A program made the translations under genes and the position numbers. This document shows positions 1 to 12,129 of a stretch of 64,000 nt of DNA, in pieces; within the stretch, counting starts at the first letter, position 1; every line of letters begins with the position of its first letter. Under the pieces are notes generated by a model. It was given only the letters and a program-made list of their open reading frames with translations, made no database searches and had not been told where the DNA came from. Origin of the DNA: Octopus vulgaris (taxonomy: Eukaryota); contig OX597831.1 in NCBI GenBank assembly GCA_951406725.2, positions 30,566,001 to 30,630,000 of the forward strand, given 5' to 3'.

Positions 1-110
1 TCTCAGCTTTTATATAGAATGTATTAAATCTGCAACTTGCTTTGAATTCTTTTCATTTTGTAATTTGTAGACACTAATATTTACCTATGGACCCGCACGC
101 ACACACATAC

Positions 111-142
<32 letters not shown>

Positions 143-263
143 GTCTACACGCATACGTATCTGTTTTTCTATGTATGTTTGTTTGTATGAATGTATGTAT
201 GTATCTATCTATCTAGCTTGATATCCATCTATCATCAATCTGTCTATTTGTACTTGTGTTCGT

Positions 264-301
<38 letters not shown>

Positions 302-1055
302 ATTTGTAATGTGTGTGTGTTTGTATGTATATATGTTTGTTTGTAGGTAGAAACAAGCAGAGAGACAAACAGAAAGATAGATAGATAAAGAGATTCAGAA
401 AGAAAGAGATAGAAAAAGATGGAGAGAGAGAGAAAATAGATTGGCTTACTCTTATATTACTTAAAGTTCCGTGCTTCATCGACAGATGTGTGGAGCCAGG
501 GTAAACAGAACTTTAAAAAAAATAAAATGGTTTCTTGTTGAGAATACTTAGATCACATTTGATCAGTCCATGTCGCGTGGATGCTTTCGCTAACCAGCGA
601 CAACGGCTTTTCCGCCCTCAAAATGACGGCAGCACTGATGGAAGTAGCGAAAAACTGTTGTCGCTGCTTGGCTTAAAGCTCATATGCTATCTAACGTGTA
701 CAATGGACGCTTATGCTTCCTCACATACAAGTCTTTTAAGAATATATCTTAAATTCTCACCGACCTGAATCTGAATATTTGATTGTATGGAAGCGTTAGG
801 CGACCTCGAAACTTTAAGATATGTCGGACTGAGTTAGATTACAATTCAAAACAAATGTATTGTGTGCTACTTTCTTTTGTTCGACTACTCCCCGTAGGCA
901 GAACAAAATACATACTAGACTTTAAAATAATAAGTACTTACGTCGATTTGATCCACTAAACTCTTTTAGACGGTGTCCAGCGACGTCCGAGTAATTGAAT
1001 AAAATACAAAATAGCTCTATATTTTTACATTTAAAGCATACTTCTTTTTTTTTTT

Positions 1056-1440
1056 TAGCTGGTTACCAGCCACATGGTTCTGGGATCATTTCCCACTGCG
1101 TGGCACCTTGGGCAAGTGTCTTCTACTATAGCCTCGGGCCGACCAAAGCCTATGTGAGTGGATTTGGTAGACGGAAACTGAAAGAAGCCCGTCGTATATA
1201 TATGTATATATATATGTATGCTTGTGTATATGTTTGTATGTGCTTGTTTGTCCCCCCCCCCACATCGCTTGACAACCGATGGTGGTGTGTTTACGCATCC
1301 GTAACTTAGCGGTTCGGCAAAACAGACCGATAGAATAAGTACTAGTCTTCCAAAGATTAAGTCTTGGGGTTGATTTGCTCGACTGAAGGCGGTGCTCCAG
1401 CATGGCCACAATCAAATGACTGAAACAAGTAAAAGAGTAA
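1056..1440 (+). mobile_element. SINE family A (tRNA-derived, CORE-like, internal microsatellite), 5'-truncated
   Basis: Matches other copies in the window: ccacatggttc..cccactgcgtggcaccttgggcaagtgtcttc, then ggtagacggaaactgaaagaagc-(TA)n/(TG)n-gacaaccgatg, then gctccagcatggccac..aaatgactgaaacaagtaaaagag tail. Confidence 0.9.
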
Positions 1441-1762
1441 TCTAATAACATGCGAAAAGAGACGATGTCGAAAGATTAAACAGTAAATGCTTGAAGATGC
1501 GAAACATTTGACCTTGAAAGACGATCTGTAAGCGATTCATCATTAATAGCAGACGAATTTTCATTAAATCATGTTCTTTTGTTGTGAAGAAGGGAAATGA
1601 CATATTGAATGATATATTTCTTGTTTCCCCTTAAAGGTGGGATAAGAGATTGATCATGGCTGAAAGCATTCTCCAATTTTTATTTATGAGTATTTGCAGA
1701 CTTCACAAGTTATGCAAAGTGGTAGTGTTTATTCTGTGACAAAGAATGCTTGCACACCGAAA

Positions 1763-1764
<2 letters not shown>

Positions 1765-1828
<64 letters not shown>

Positions 1829-1839
1829 TAATAATAATG

Positions 1840-1907
<68 letters not shown>

Positions 1908-1910
1908 AAC

Positions 1911-1955
<45 letters not shown>
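1765..1955. repeat. (AAT)n microsatellite
   Basis: Seen directly; explains the poly-N/I/L ORFs. Confidence 0.98.
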
Positions 1956-2148
1956 TTCTACTATAGGCACAAGGCCTGAAATTTTGGGGGAGGGGTTGAG
2001 TCTATTAAATCGACCCCAGTACTTAATTTATCGAGCCTGAAAGACAAAGTCCACCTCGGCAGAATTTGAACTCAGAACGTACCGACATACGAAATATCGC
2101 CTAGCGTTTCACATGGCGTGCTAACGATTGCGCCGACTTTCCGCCTTA
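1956..2148 (-). mobile_element. SINE family B, diverged copy
   Basis: Reverse complement of the ggcggcgagctggcagaa..ttctgagttcaaattccgccgaggtcgactttg..actggggtcgat consensus seen elsewhere in the window. Confidence 0.8.
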
Positions 2149-2453
2149 AGAATAATGATAATAGTGATTATTTCAAGTAACTAAAATTTTGCTGCATAGA
2201 AGAAATTATAGTCCACGTTAATATAGTGAGCTCACACTACAAAACGTATATGCGTTAGCACACGCACCCAGCTTATAAAGAGTACGACTTAGAACATGTC
2301 GGACACATGTATAGTCGATCAGAGCTGATTCGGGAACCACAACAATTCATTCTGCTTCAAGCCAAAAATGGATGTTCGACGCGGTCATCGAACTTTATAT
2401 ATTTATCTAAATTTATGCTTGTATCTACATACACGCGCGCGCACGCATGTATT

Positions 2454-2492
<39 letters not shown>

Positions 2493-2714
2493 GGGAGGTG
2501 CAGAGAAAGAGAAAGATAATGGAGGAGAGAGCGAGAGAGAAAGTGGGGGAGAGAAAGAGAGATTTAATATTAACATTGAACATATAGATTAATTGAGAAG
2601 CAGATAGCTTGCGTTTGTGTGCATGTGTTTGTATGTGTGTGAATGTGTGTGTGTGTGTGTATGTATGAATGTGTGTGTGTATATGTGTGTGTGTTTATAA
2701 GTGCATTTCTTTAC

Positions 2715-3175
2715 CATTTCACTAGTTCAAGCCAGCAGACTGTGACCAAGCCAGACCCGCCAGCTATTCGTTTTCCTATACAAGTGTCTGCCCATTCGCC
2801 TGACTATCCCTGTTTTTTCAATAGATTAGTATTCCTATCAGTTTAGCATTCGTCTGATATGGTTGTTGTATCTAAAAGATGCTGCTATAAATAGACGTGG
2901 AAAGATTTCAAGTGGAGTGAAGTATTACGAAAAACACAGACATACGTGTTTGTACGAAATATTTTATCATTCATTCCGAAAACTAAACTGATAAATCTCA
3001 ACCCAGTCCAACCCCTTCTGTTATAATTCCGATATTTATCTGAAGAAACGTCATAGATTGAAGAATCCGTAGGAATGATGCGGCAACATAGCAATAGATA
3101 CAGTCTGAAACATCTTAATAGTCTGCTATTATCAGTAAAAAATCTTTCATTTATAGACACGACAGAGAAAAGCAT
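2715..3175 (-). other. Candidate exon (probably 5' UTR or non-coding) of a minus-strand host gene
   Basis: Strong acceptor ttttcctttatttctgttttcggtgtttttcag|ATG at 3176/3175 with an AG-free zone of about 44 nt; candidate donors CAC|GTATGT (2946/2945) and ATG|GTAAAG (2715/2714); sequence is non-repetitive; no recognisable protein. Confidence 0.35.
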
Positions 3176-3790
3176 CTGAAAAACACCGAAAACAGAAATA
3201 AAGGAAAATAACAATGACGTCTTCTCAATTAACAAATTAACCGAGAAATAAGTTGACTAATGGACTCGTTTTGGTCAATATGGTTGAATGGCTGTATTTA
3301 GATAGTGATATGTAGGTTGTTATTACTGTTCTTGTTGCTCTTTAGAATCAAGTCACCCTTGATCGATAGAATCGATCTATGACCATAGACGATTTAGTCA
3401 CGATTTTGGGCCGTTGGATAACCTATCTTTTACGAACGTTCAGTAATATGCCTCGAGGTTTATATGCCTGATAGGAAAAGATGGTATGGTCGCAGTTGGT
3501 ATGCTGTTGGTAAACTGTTACTCTTTAATCAGTACCTAGCACTTCCCATTATCCTTCAAATAATTCAGACGGCCTATTATCTATTTTGTGCATGGAATAT
3601 CAGTATTACGTGATGTGCTCTCTGGAAAACGTAATTTTACAAAACATACACTTAAAAGTGTGGCAGGACGAAGCAAAATAGACAGGGAAGGAATCAATGG
3701 AAACACCCCTCAAAATAAAAATTATTGCGACCAATATAAATGTAGTCTACACACTCGAAAGCATATCTCTCCAAAATTTCAAGAAAAAGT

Positions 3791-3957
3791 AGGCGCAGGC
3801 ATGGCTGTATGGTATGAAGTTTGCTTCCCAACCAACCATATGGTCCTGGGTTCAGTCCCACTAAGTAAGACTTTGTGCAAGTGTCTTCTACTGTAGCCTC
3901 GGGCTGACCAAAGCCTTGTGAGTGGATTTGGTAGACGGAAACTGAAAGAAACCTGTC

Positions 3958-4008
<51 letters not shown>

Positions 4009-4260
4009 TATATGTATGTATGCATGTATATATGTGTTTATGCGCTTGTTTTTGTCATTCCACTATCGCTTGACAACCGATGTTAGTGTGTGTACGTCCC
4101 CGTAACTTAGCGGTTCTGCAAAAAATACCTATAGAATAAGTACTATGGCTTACATAGAATAAGTCCTGGGGGAGGGGTCGATTTCGTCGACTAAAAAACC
4201 CTTCAATGCGATGCTCCAGCATAGCCACAGTCAAATGACTGAAACAAGTAGAAGAATAAA
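3791..4260 (+). mobile_element. SINE family A, full length
   Basis: Head aggcgcaggcatggctgtatggt (A box) and gggttcagtccc (B box), CORE-like segment, internal (TA)n, conserved 3' part. Confidence 0.9.
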
Positions 4261-4462
4261 AAAAATGAAAGAATTAATCAAGAAGAAAGCTTCAGGGGAA
4301 AAGTAATAGCTTGTAGTTTTGTCTAGGTTTCTTGAATTTAAAAAATCAACACCAAGTTAAAGAAATATTGTTATATTTTTCTTTTAATTGAAACAGTTGA
4401 AAGTCTTTAGGTGAAATATATTTGTCAATAGATCTATCCATTGTCTTGAATGGACGCGAGAA

Positions 4463-4464
<2 letters not shown>

Positions 4465-4508
<44 letters not shown>

Positions 4509-4521
4509 GTGATGGTGATGG

Positions 4522-4570
<49 letters not shown>
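4465..4570. repeat. (GAT)n microsatellite
   Basis: Seen directly. Confidence 0.98.
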
Positions 4571-4574
4571 AACG

Positions 4575-5253
4575 GTTTCAAATTGTTGCGCAAGACCAGC
4601 AATTTCTACCCCAGTGGTCAACCGGTACTTATTTCATCCAACCCGAAAGGACGAAAAAGCAAATCGACCTTGGCGAAATTTTAACTCACAAAGTAAAGAC
4701 GGACGAAATGCCGATAACCATAATAATAATGATAATGATTTCAAATTTTTGCGATTTCCCCGACCCCAGTGCGTAACTGGTACTTATTTAATCGACCCCG
4801 AAAGGATGAAAGGCAAAGTCGACCTCGGCGGAATGTGAACTCTTTACTACCCACAAGAGGCTAAACACAGAGAGGACAAACAAGGACAGACAAACGGATT
4901 AAGTCGATTATATCGACCCCAGTGCGTAACTGGTACTTATTTAATCGACCCCGAAAGGATGAAAGTCAAAGTCGACCTCGACGTAATTTGAACTTAGAAC
5001 GAAGCGGCAGAGGAAATACCTATTTCTTTACTACCCACAAGGGACTAAACACAGAGGAGGCGAACAAAGACAGACAGACGGATTAAGTTGATTATATCGA
5101 CCCCAGTGCGTAACTGCTACTTATTTAATCGTCCCCGAAAGGATGAAAGGCAAAGTCGACCTCGGCGGAATTTGAACAAAGAACGTAGCGGCAGACGAAA
5201 TACCGCTAAGCATTTCGCCCGGCACGCTAACGATTCTGCCAGATCACCACCTT
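4575..5253 (-). mobile_element. SINE family B cluster with tandemly reiterated body
   Basis: Three near-identical blocks cgaccccagtgcgtaactggtacttatttaatcgaccccgaaaggatgaaaggcaaagtcgacctcg (about 4760, 4915, 5098) plus an older copy at about 4610; head at about 5250. Confidence 0.9.
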
Positions 5254-6040
5254 AATAATTATAATGATGATGATGATAATAATAATAATAATAATAATTA
5301 TAATAATAATATTGACGACGATGACAGTCTCTATCACGATGATGATGATGATAATGTTGATGATGATGGTGGTGGTGATGGTGGTGGTGGTGGTGGTCGT
5401 CGTCGTCGTCGTGGCGGCGGCAGTGATGATTTAGTTGTTATGCAGGAAAAATATAGCTTTATCGGTCAATAAAAGACAAAATTATATTAGAGTGATGGAC
5501 AGCATAATGGGTTAATGTTTCCCTGTCGCTAATAAAATTCCCCTTACATGTGAAGGTGTGTGTTTCGTTATTGTTGTTATTATTCGTTGTTGCTCAGTGT
5601 TTGATTAAGCGTGTGAGGGAATGTGATTGACGAAGAGAATGGTGTGCGAGGGGGGTGGGGAACTAGAAAGATAAGACTGAGAGGGGGTAGGTAGGTAGGT
5701 AGGTAGGTAGGTAGGTAGGTAGAGAGCAAGTATGGTTCTACGGTCTCTAAATCACTTTTCGTCAGTGTGAATATTGTAGTGGATGAACATGGTAGGTATG
5801 TTATGAATGCCTACCATAGTAGGAAGCGACATATTTAATCAATAAATTAGAAAACACATCACAATAGATTGAAAATTCGAGTTGCGTTGTTTTTTTTGTC
5901 GTATACAAAGCAACCAAAGCGACCGACATAAATTTAGGCTTTGTGTTGGAAGCAACAGAAACATTATATCTGGTGTGGTGACTGTGGTTAGTTGAATATT
6001 TAAATTTAAATCCATCCATCCACCCACCCACTCATCCGTA

Positions 6041-6343
6041 AGTGGAGGCACATGGCCTAGTGGTTAGAGCAGCGAACTCGCGATCGAGGGATCGTGGGTT
6101 CGAATCTCAGACCGTAACGATGTGTGTGTTTATGAGCGGAACACCTAAGCTCCACGCGGCTCCGGCAGAAGGTAATGGCGAAACTTCTGCTGACTCTCTC
6201 ACCACAACTTTCTCTTCACTCTTTCCCCTTGCATCTTGGAGCTCACCTGCAATGGACCGGCGTCCCGTCTAGGTGGGGAACCTGTACGCCAAGAAACCGG
6301 CCCGTATGAGCCAGGCATGGCTCGAGAAGGAACAAACAACAAT
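6041..6343 (+). mobile_element. SINE family C, tail type 2 ((AAC)n tail)
   Basis: tRNA-like head gtggaggcacatggcctagtggttagagcagcg..gggttcgaatc; target site duplication (TSD) tcatccgta at 6032-6040 and 6344-6352. Confidence 0.9.
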
Positions 6344-6372
6344 TCATCCGTATGTATGTATGTGTGTGTGTA

Positions 6373-6488
6373 TTTTTCAGCCTAGTCCTTACTCTATCTT
6401 TCTCTTTTGCGGAACCGCTAAGTTACGGGGACGAAAAGACACCAACACCGGTAGTCAAGTGGCGATGGTAAGAGTAACAAACACAGAT

Positions 6489-6520
<32 letters not shown>

Positions 6521-6631
6521 ACACATACACACACATGTTTATACGATGTTCTTCTTTCAGTTTCCGTCTAACAAATCCACTCACGATGATTTGGTCGGTC
6601 CGAGGCTATAGAGTAAAACACTTGCGCAAGG
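6373..6631 (-). mobile_element. SINE family A, internal fragment
   Basis: Reverse complement of the family A body with an internal (CA)n. Confidence 0.85.
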
Positions 6632-6919
6632 AATAGTCTCTAACGAAGTGCTTATTTACATTCGTGTCCACTGCACCATTGAACACGTCGTCGTCGGCTG
6701 TAAAATCTCCGCTCCGTCACCTGCTCTGACCAATTTTCCTCCGCCTGCCACACATCTACCCCTCCTGCAACAGTCTGCCGAACCAGATATAACATCTTAA
6801 TGGGTAATAGTTGACCCAGGGAACGTAGAAGACTTCAATGCAAGGTAAGAGGTGGGCTTAACTTCAACACAGAAAACACGAGCAACGCCAGGTCCAACAG
6901 GTCCTGGTATATATATATA

Positions 6920-7007
<88 letters not shown>

Positions 7008-7082
7008 GCTGTAAGACCTTCTATCTATAAATGCTCTAATATCTATACAGCCTTGGGTTTTTTTATCTCATTACGCAAAAAA

Positions 7083-7138
<56 letters not shown>

Positions 7139-7708
7139 ATTTGAAATTACGTATACGATTTTATTTCATGCTGACTACCTGATATAATTATTAACGTGAA
7201 TTTATCCTTCAGTTCTATTACAAATAAACAATATAATATTTATACTCCTGATCACAATCGCATTTCCTGCGAGGCTGCTTTAATAATATACTCGTGGCTG
7301 AGATGAAAAAAAATATAGAACTGACTTCGTTTTGGTCTATACGTGCAAATATTTGTATGGAGACTTACGAATCCGGTTTGTACGGGCATCTATTATTATT
7401 TGTATTTATATTCCCGTGTAGTGTGTTGACGAAGGAAAGTCTTTTATGGCTTTAGTCCAGAAATTGCAATCAATTCACAATTAACGTGAAATCGCTTCCA
7501 GTATGTTTCCATTTGCCTGACTACAACCTGTGTTTTTGCAGTTATTCGGTAGCTTCTTACTGTTTTTGGCATTTATTTCAAGCACGTAGGAGACACGTCG
7601 TTCCGCCCTGCTCCCTTGATATAGTTATATAATTATTAATTTAATATACAAATTACCTGAGATTTTTTTTCATTAACGTGATTTTATCCTTCACTTCTCT
7701 TATGTATA

Positions 7709-7744
<36 letters not shown>

Positions 7745-7775
7745 TCTATATACACACATAGACATATGTGTTTGT

Positions 7776-7814
<39 letters not shown>

Positions 7815-8272
7815 TGTGCGTTTTGTAAACACACTTCAACAATCGTTTTCTGTTACCGTTTTCTAAATTCGTTATGTCATTTTTTCTACCATTTTGTTTT
7901 ATTTAAAAGTTGTAAGTAACATAAACAGGTGTTTGTTTAATCGCCAAAATTATGATTCATATCTGCGTTGTAAATATATTTCTCCCACGCTATCATTGGT
8001 TCCTGCTAGTATCAACATGGTAGGCCTTTTATCAATTCTAATCATTTGGATATGCTCCATCTTATAGCACAGGTTTTAAAACAAAAAATAACCTTCTCTT
8101 GAAGCATATTACTAATAATATCTTAAATTTCTTCATATTCTCTTTCGCAAGCCCGCCATTCATATATTTATGATCTCTAACTCCGTGATGCTGGAGGATT
8201 AACGTTACTACGAGGTAACAAAGCAGTTGTAGGACTTTGGCTTGATGTGATGCCCGATGTCGTTCATGATAC

Positions 8273-8458
8273 AGGAGCAGGTTCGTGGTGGCTGTGTGGT
8301 AAGTAGCTTCCTTACCAACCACATGGTTCCGGGCTCAGTCCCACTGCGTGGCACCTTGGGCAAGTGTCTTCTACTATAGCCTCGGGCCGACCAAAGACTT
8401 CTAAGTAGATTTGGTAGACGGAAACTGAAAGAAGCCCGTCGTATATATATATATATAT

Positions 8459-8500
<42 letters not shown>

Positions 8501-8704
8501 CGCGCGCGTGCTTGTCCCCCCTCCCAACATCGCTTGACAACCGATGTTGGTGTGTTTACGTCCCCGTCACTTAGCGGTTCGGCAAAACAGACCTATAGAA
8601 TAAGTACTAGGCTTTCAAAGAATAAGTCCTGGGGTCGATTTGCTCGACTAAAGGCGGTGCTCCAGCATGGCCGCAGTCAAATGACTGAAACCAACAAAAG
8701 AATA
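8273..8704 (+). mobile_element. SINE family A, full length
   Basis: High identity to the other family A copies. Confidence 0.92.
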
Positions 8705-9052
8705 ACCATATTTTATGGAGTGAATTTCGACCATCAACTCTCCTTTTGTCCTTAATAAACGTTGTGTAATGGTGGACTTGTTTTATCGTAAAATAATTTA
8801 ATTCGCGGTGAACTTTATCCTAGTATATTTTCATTTTCTACATGTAGTCAATCGAACTGAGATATTTTTGCAATTTTGAAAACGTGTGTACGTTCAAGTA
8901 TTCTTTGGTCTGCCTCAGAGGGGAAAAAGAGATATAGAGGAGGGAAAATGTGTTTGAGAGCGAGCGAGTGACAGAGTGAGAGAGAGAGGTGGGTGAGAAA
9001 GTAAGAGAGAGAAAGCAAGTATTCCTTATTTTGCTGCAATTATATAAATCCG

Positions 9053-9269
9053 CAGTGACTCAGTGGTTAGGGCAGCGGCTCCGGCAGGGGGTGGTGGTGA
9101 TCCCTGCTGTATTCTTTCGCCACAACTTTCTCTCACTCTTTCCTCTGTTGTCCTGCTCGCTTAGCCAGCGGGGTGGCCGTCAGTTGAAGGCTAAAACAAT
9201 GCGAAACGCATTGTGACCAGCAATGTGTAGCAACATCTGATAGCCTGGTCGGTCAAGGTGATCACGGTG
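9053..9269 (+). mobile_element. SINE family C, tail type 3 (CACGGTGAT tail), internally deleted
   Basis: TSD atataaatccg at 9042-9052 and 9270-9280; same 3' part as 47290-47576. Confidence 0.85.
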
Positions 9270-9296
9270 ATATAAATCCGTATTAGGTTCAAAAGT

Positions 9297-9500
9297 AAGG
9301 CGGTGAGTTGGCACATTCGTTAGCGAGCCGGATAAAATGCTTAGCACCGTTTCTTCCGGCTTTTCCTTCTAAGTTCAAATACTGCCACAGTCATTTTTTT
9401 GTTTTCATCCTGTCTGGGTTGATAAAATAAGTACAATGCAATCGGCTGGACCCTTACTGCAAATGGCTGGCCTTGTACCTATCGTTGTAAGAATTATTAT
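9297..9500 (+). mobile_element. SINE family B, old copy
   Basis: aaggcggtgagttggcac..gttcaaatactgcc..tttcatcc..gataaaataagtac. Confidence 0.75.
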
Positions 9501-9678
9501 GTTCAAAACTAAATTACACTAAGGCAGCGAGCTGGCAAACCGCTACCGGACCGGAAACAAATGCGTATGATTCTGATTTTAAAATGCCACCGAAGTCAAC
9601 TTTGTCGTTCATTCTATCAATGTTGGTAAAATAAGTACCAGCCGAATACGGAGTTCGAAGTAATTGACCTACCACTTT

Positions 9679-9935
9679 GTGGAGGCGCGTGGCTTAGTGG
9701 TTAGGGTGTCAGCATCATGAACGTAAGATTGTGGTTTCGATTCCTAGAGCGGGCGACGCGTTGTGTTCTTGAGCATAACACTTCATTTCACGTTGCCCCA
9801 GTTTACTCAGCTGACATAAATGAGTAACGCTGCGATGGACTGGCGTCCCGTCCAGCTAGGGAACACATACGCCATTGAAACCGGGAAACCGGGCCCATGA
9901 GCCTGGCTAGGCTTCTAAATGGGCGAATTTATTTT
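9679..9935 (+). mobile_element. SINE family D (tRNA head, CORE-like, then V-domain-like segment)
   Basis: gtggaggcgcgtggcttagtggttagggtg..ggtttcgattcc..tgtgttcttgagcataacactt..ctgcgatggactggcgtcccgtccag; the domain labels are from memory of the CORE and V SINE superfamilies. Confidence 0.8.
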
Positions 9936-10242
9936 GTGGAGGCACATGGCCTAGCGGTTAGAGCAGCGGACTCACAGTGCAGGGATCGCGGGTTCGAATC
10001 TCAGACCAGGCGATGTGTGTGTTTATGAGCAAAACACCTAAGCTCCACGCGGCTCCGGCAGAAGGTAATGGCGAACTTCTGCTGACTCTTTCGCCACAAC
10101 TTTCTCTCACTCTTTCCTCCTGCATCATGCAGCTCACCTGCGACAGACCGGCGTCCCGTCCAGGTGGGGAACCTATACGCCAAGGAAACCGGGAAACCGT
10201 CCCTTATGAGCCAGGCATGGCTCGAGACGGAACAAACAACAA
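9936..10242 (+). mobile_element. SINE family C, tail type 2
   Basis: Near-identical to 6041-6343. Confidence 0.9.
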
Positions 10243-10744
10243 ACCTACTACTTTCTCAAACATTGCTGGCATTATGCCAAAATTTGGAACTATTATTATT
10301 ACATTCAAAAGAGAAAAAAAGTAATGTACTTTAAAACTTTTGAGTTGTTGTACAACAACAAACTAATCAAGTTTTTCCCGGCAACTTTATTTGGTTCTTT
10401 TCTCGGTGTTATTGATGCTGTCGTGTCCAGCCATGTTGTTTGTATCAAATATCTGCATAGTGAATACAAATTTAGATACGTATTTGACAAAGATCTTTAA
10501 TAAAGTCTTTCTTCAATGAATGTGATTAGAAGATTCACCAGTTATTTAACATGGCTGCCAGTTGTACTTTTAATACGGGAGACGTTATTCATCTCATATT
10601 CAATGAATAGTCTCCTACGCTACGCTTTCAAATGTTCACGTTAGCTGTCTGTGTGTCTGTATGTGTGTATGAGTGTGCATCTACGCACGTTCTTATGAAT
10701 GTATGTATGCATATTGTGTGTAACAATATTAGGTTGGACAGTAA

Positions 10745-10747
10745 ATA

Positions 10748-10787
<40 letters not shown>

Positions 10788-10804
10788 TATACACATATGT
10801 ATAC

Positions 10805-10893
<89 letters not shown>

Positions 10894-10932
10894 CATACAT
10901 GTATATATATGTGTGTGGGTGTGTATAAATAT

Positions 10933-10973
<41 letters not shown>

Positions 10974-11036
10974 TGATGTTTATACATATATATATATGTA
11001 TGTGTGTATGTATATATATATATATATATATATATA
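10745..11036. repeat. (TA)n/(TACA)n compound microsatellite; representative of dozens of such tracts in the window
   Basis: Seen directly; source of the YIYI ORFs. Confidence 0.97.
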
Positions 11037-11378
11037 AGCTTCATTACAAGTTTAAAGAAAAATGTGGAAATCCAAGTCGATTCCAGCCGAATGTGTTTAC
11101 AACATATTAGCTGTTTAACTGACAATCGACTCCACGTATGAAACGAGACCTCATCTAACCTGAGAATGTGTCACGTACGGGATGGCTTTCACGTGATCAT
11201 TTTGATTAGCTTCCCTGCTGACGTAAACAATGATGAATTTGCGCGCATGTGCTATTATGAGTAAAGAAATTGTGGGTCTGAAAAGACGTTTCGTATATTC
11301 TTTACATACAAGCTATCACGTGCAAGCGTGCGTGTATGTATATAATATACACATACATGCGTATATTTATCTAACAAC

Positions 11379-11379
<1 letters not shown>

Positions 11380-11466
<87 letters not shown>

Positions 11467-11501
11467 GCATGCATACATACATACATACATACATACATAC
11501 A

Positions 11502-11537
<36 letters not shown>

Positions 11538-11555
11538 TATATTTATATATATATA
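11380..11555. repeat. (TATC)n + (TACA)n + (TA)n microsatellite
   Basis: Seen directly. Confidence 0.97.
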
Positions 11556-12129
11556 TTGAAGTACCCTAATATACACAAAGCCGCGCACACAAACTCACGC
11601 GTACATATGCGTAAATACACTCATACACGTACACACATACACACACTCACGCAAACATATGCGTACATACACTCACACACGTATACACATACACATACGC
11701 ATACGTACACACACATCATTGGGTTTAGTTACACGGTTTCTTTTTCTATAGACATGCATAACTTTCATTCGTTGTGTAGACATCTCTATATTTGGTTGTG
11801 CTGGTGGAACCTTGGTCTTAAACTTGGTGCGCTGGAATTCTCATCTAATGAATCGATAGGTTGTATGTACGAACTCTTGACGCAAAATATCACATTTACG
11901 AGGATGACACTCGTGACAGGCCTTCCATATCACTCATCGTCTTCCAGGGACGTTCTTCCATTTTTGGAATAACCATGTCACCCGAAACATTGCGTACGTC
12001 GCTTTGTCTGAATCGTTTGTAAGCAGATGACAAAGTAATAAAGTTTCCCTTAGAAGGATTTTAGTTGATCATGAGGACCCATTATACTGTAAGTATGTTA
12101 ATTATGTAATCACTCCCTATTAATCAATC

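Larger units (their letters stand above)
9522..10300 (+). mobile_element. SINE family B copy interrupted by a D+C2 SINE pair
   Basis: B body at 9522-9678 resumes at about 10255 with the B-type 3' end attgctggcattatgccaaaatttggaac. Confidence 0.7.

Noticed and set aside
756-833. ctca-ccgac ... gtcgg-ac-tgag pairing with internal ctga and cgaaa, superficially hammerhead-like
   Set aside because: The core reads CUGAAUC, stem II does not form and there is no NUH at the right place; at most a weak extra helix beside the 566-708 hairpin.
4760-5180. Repeated blocks that might suggest a CRISPR array (also 39309-39365)
   Set aside because: The intervening sequences are themselves repeated, there are no unique spacers or cas genes, and the context is eukaryotic.
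6041-6115. tRNA-like sequences at SINE heads (also 9679, 9936, 26313, 47290, 48313, 63910)
   Set aside because: They continue into SINE bodies, most with TSDs, and lack a proper acceptor stem; they are not tRNA genes.
7170-7700. Recurring attaacgtga..ttatccttca motif (about 7189, 7480, 7672)
   Set aside because: Short, AT-rich and irregularly spaced; best explained as an old local duplication.
11900-12010. gtgaca...tgtcac-cc-gaaac...gtc as a possible hammerhead
   Set aside because: No CUGANGA-like core next to the stem and no stem I.
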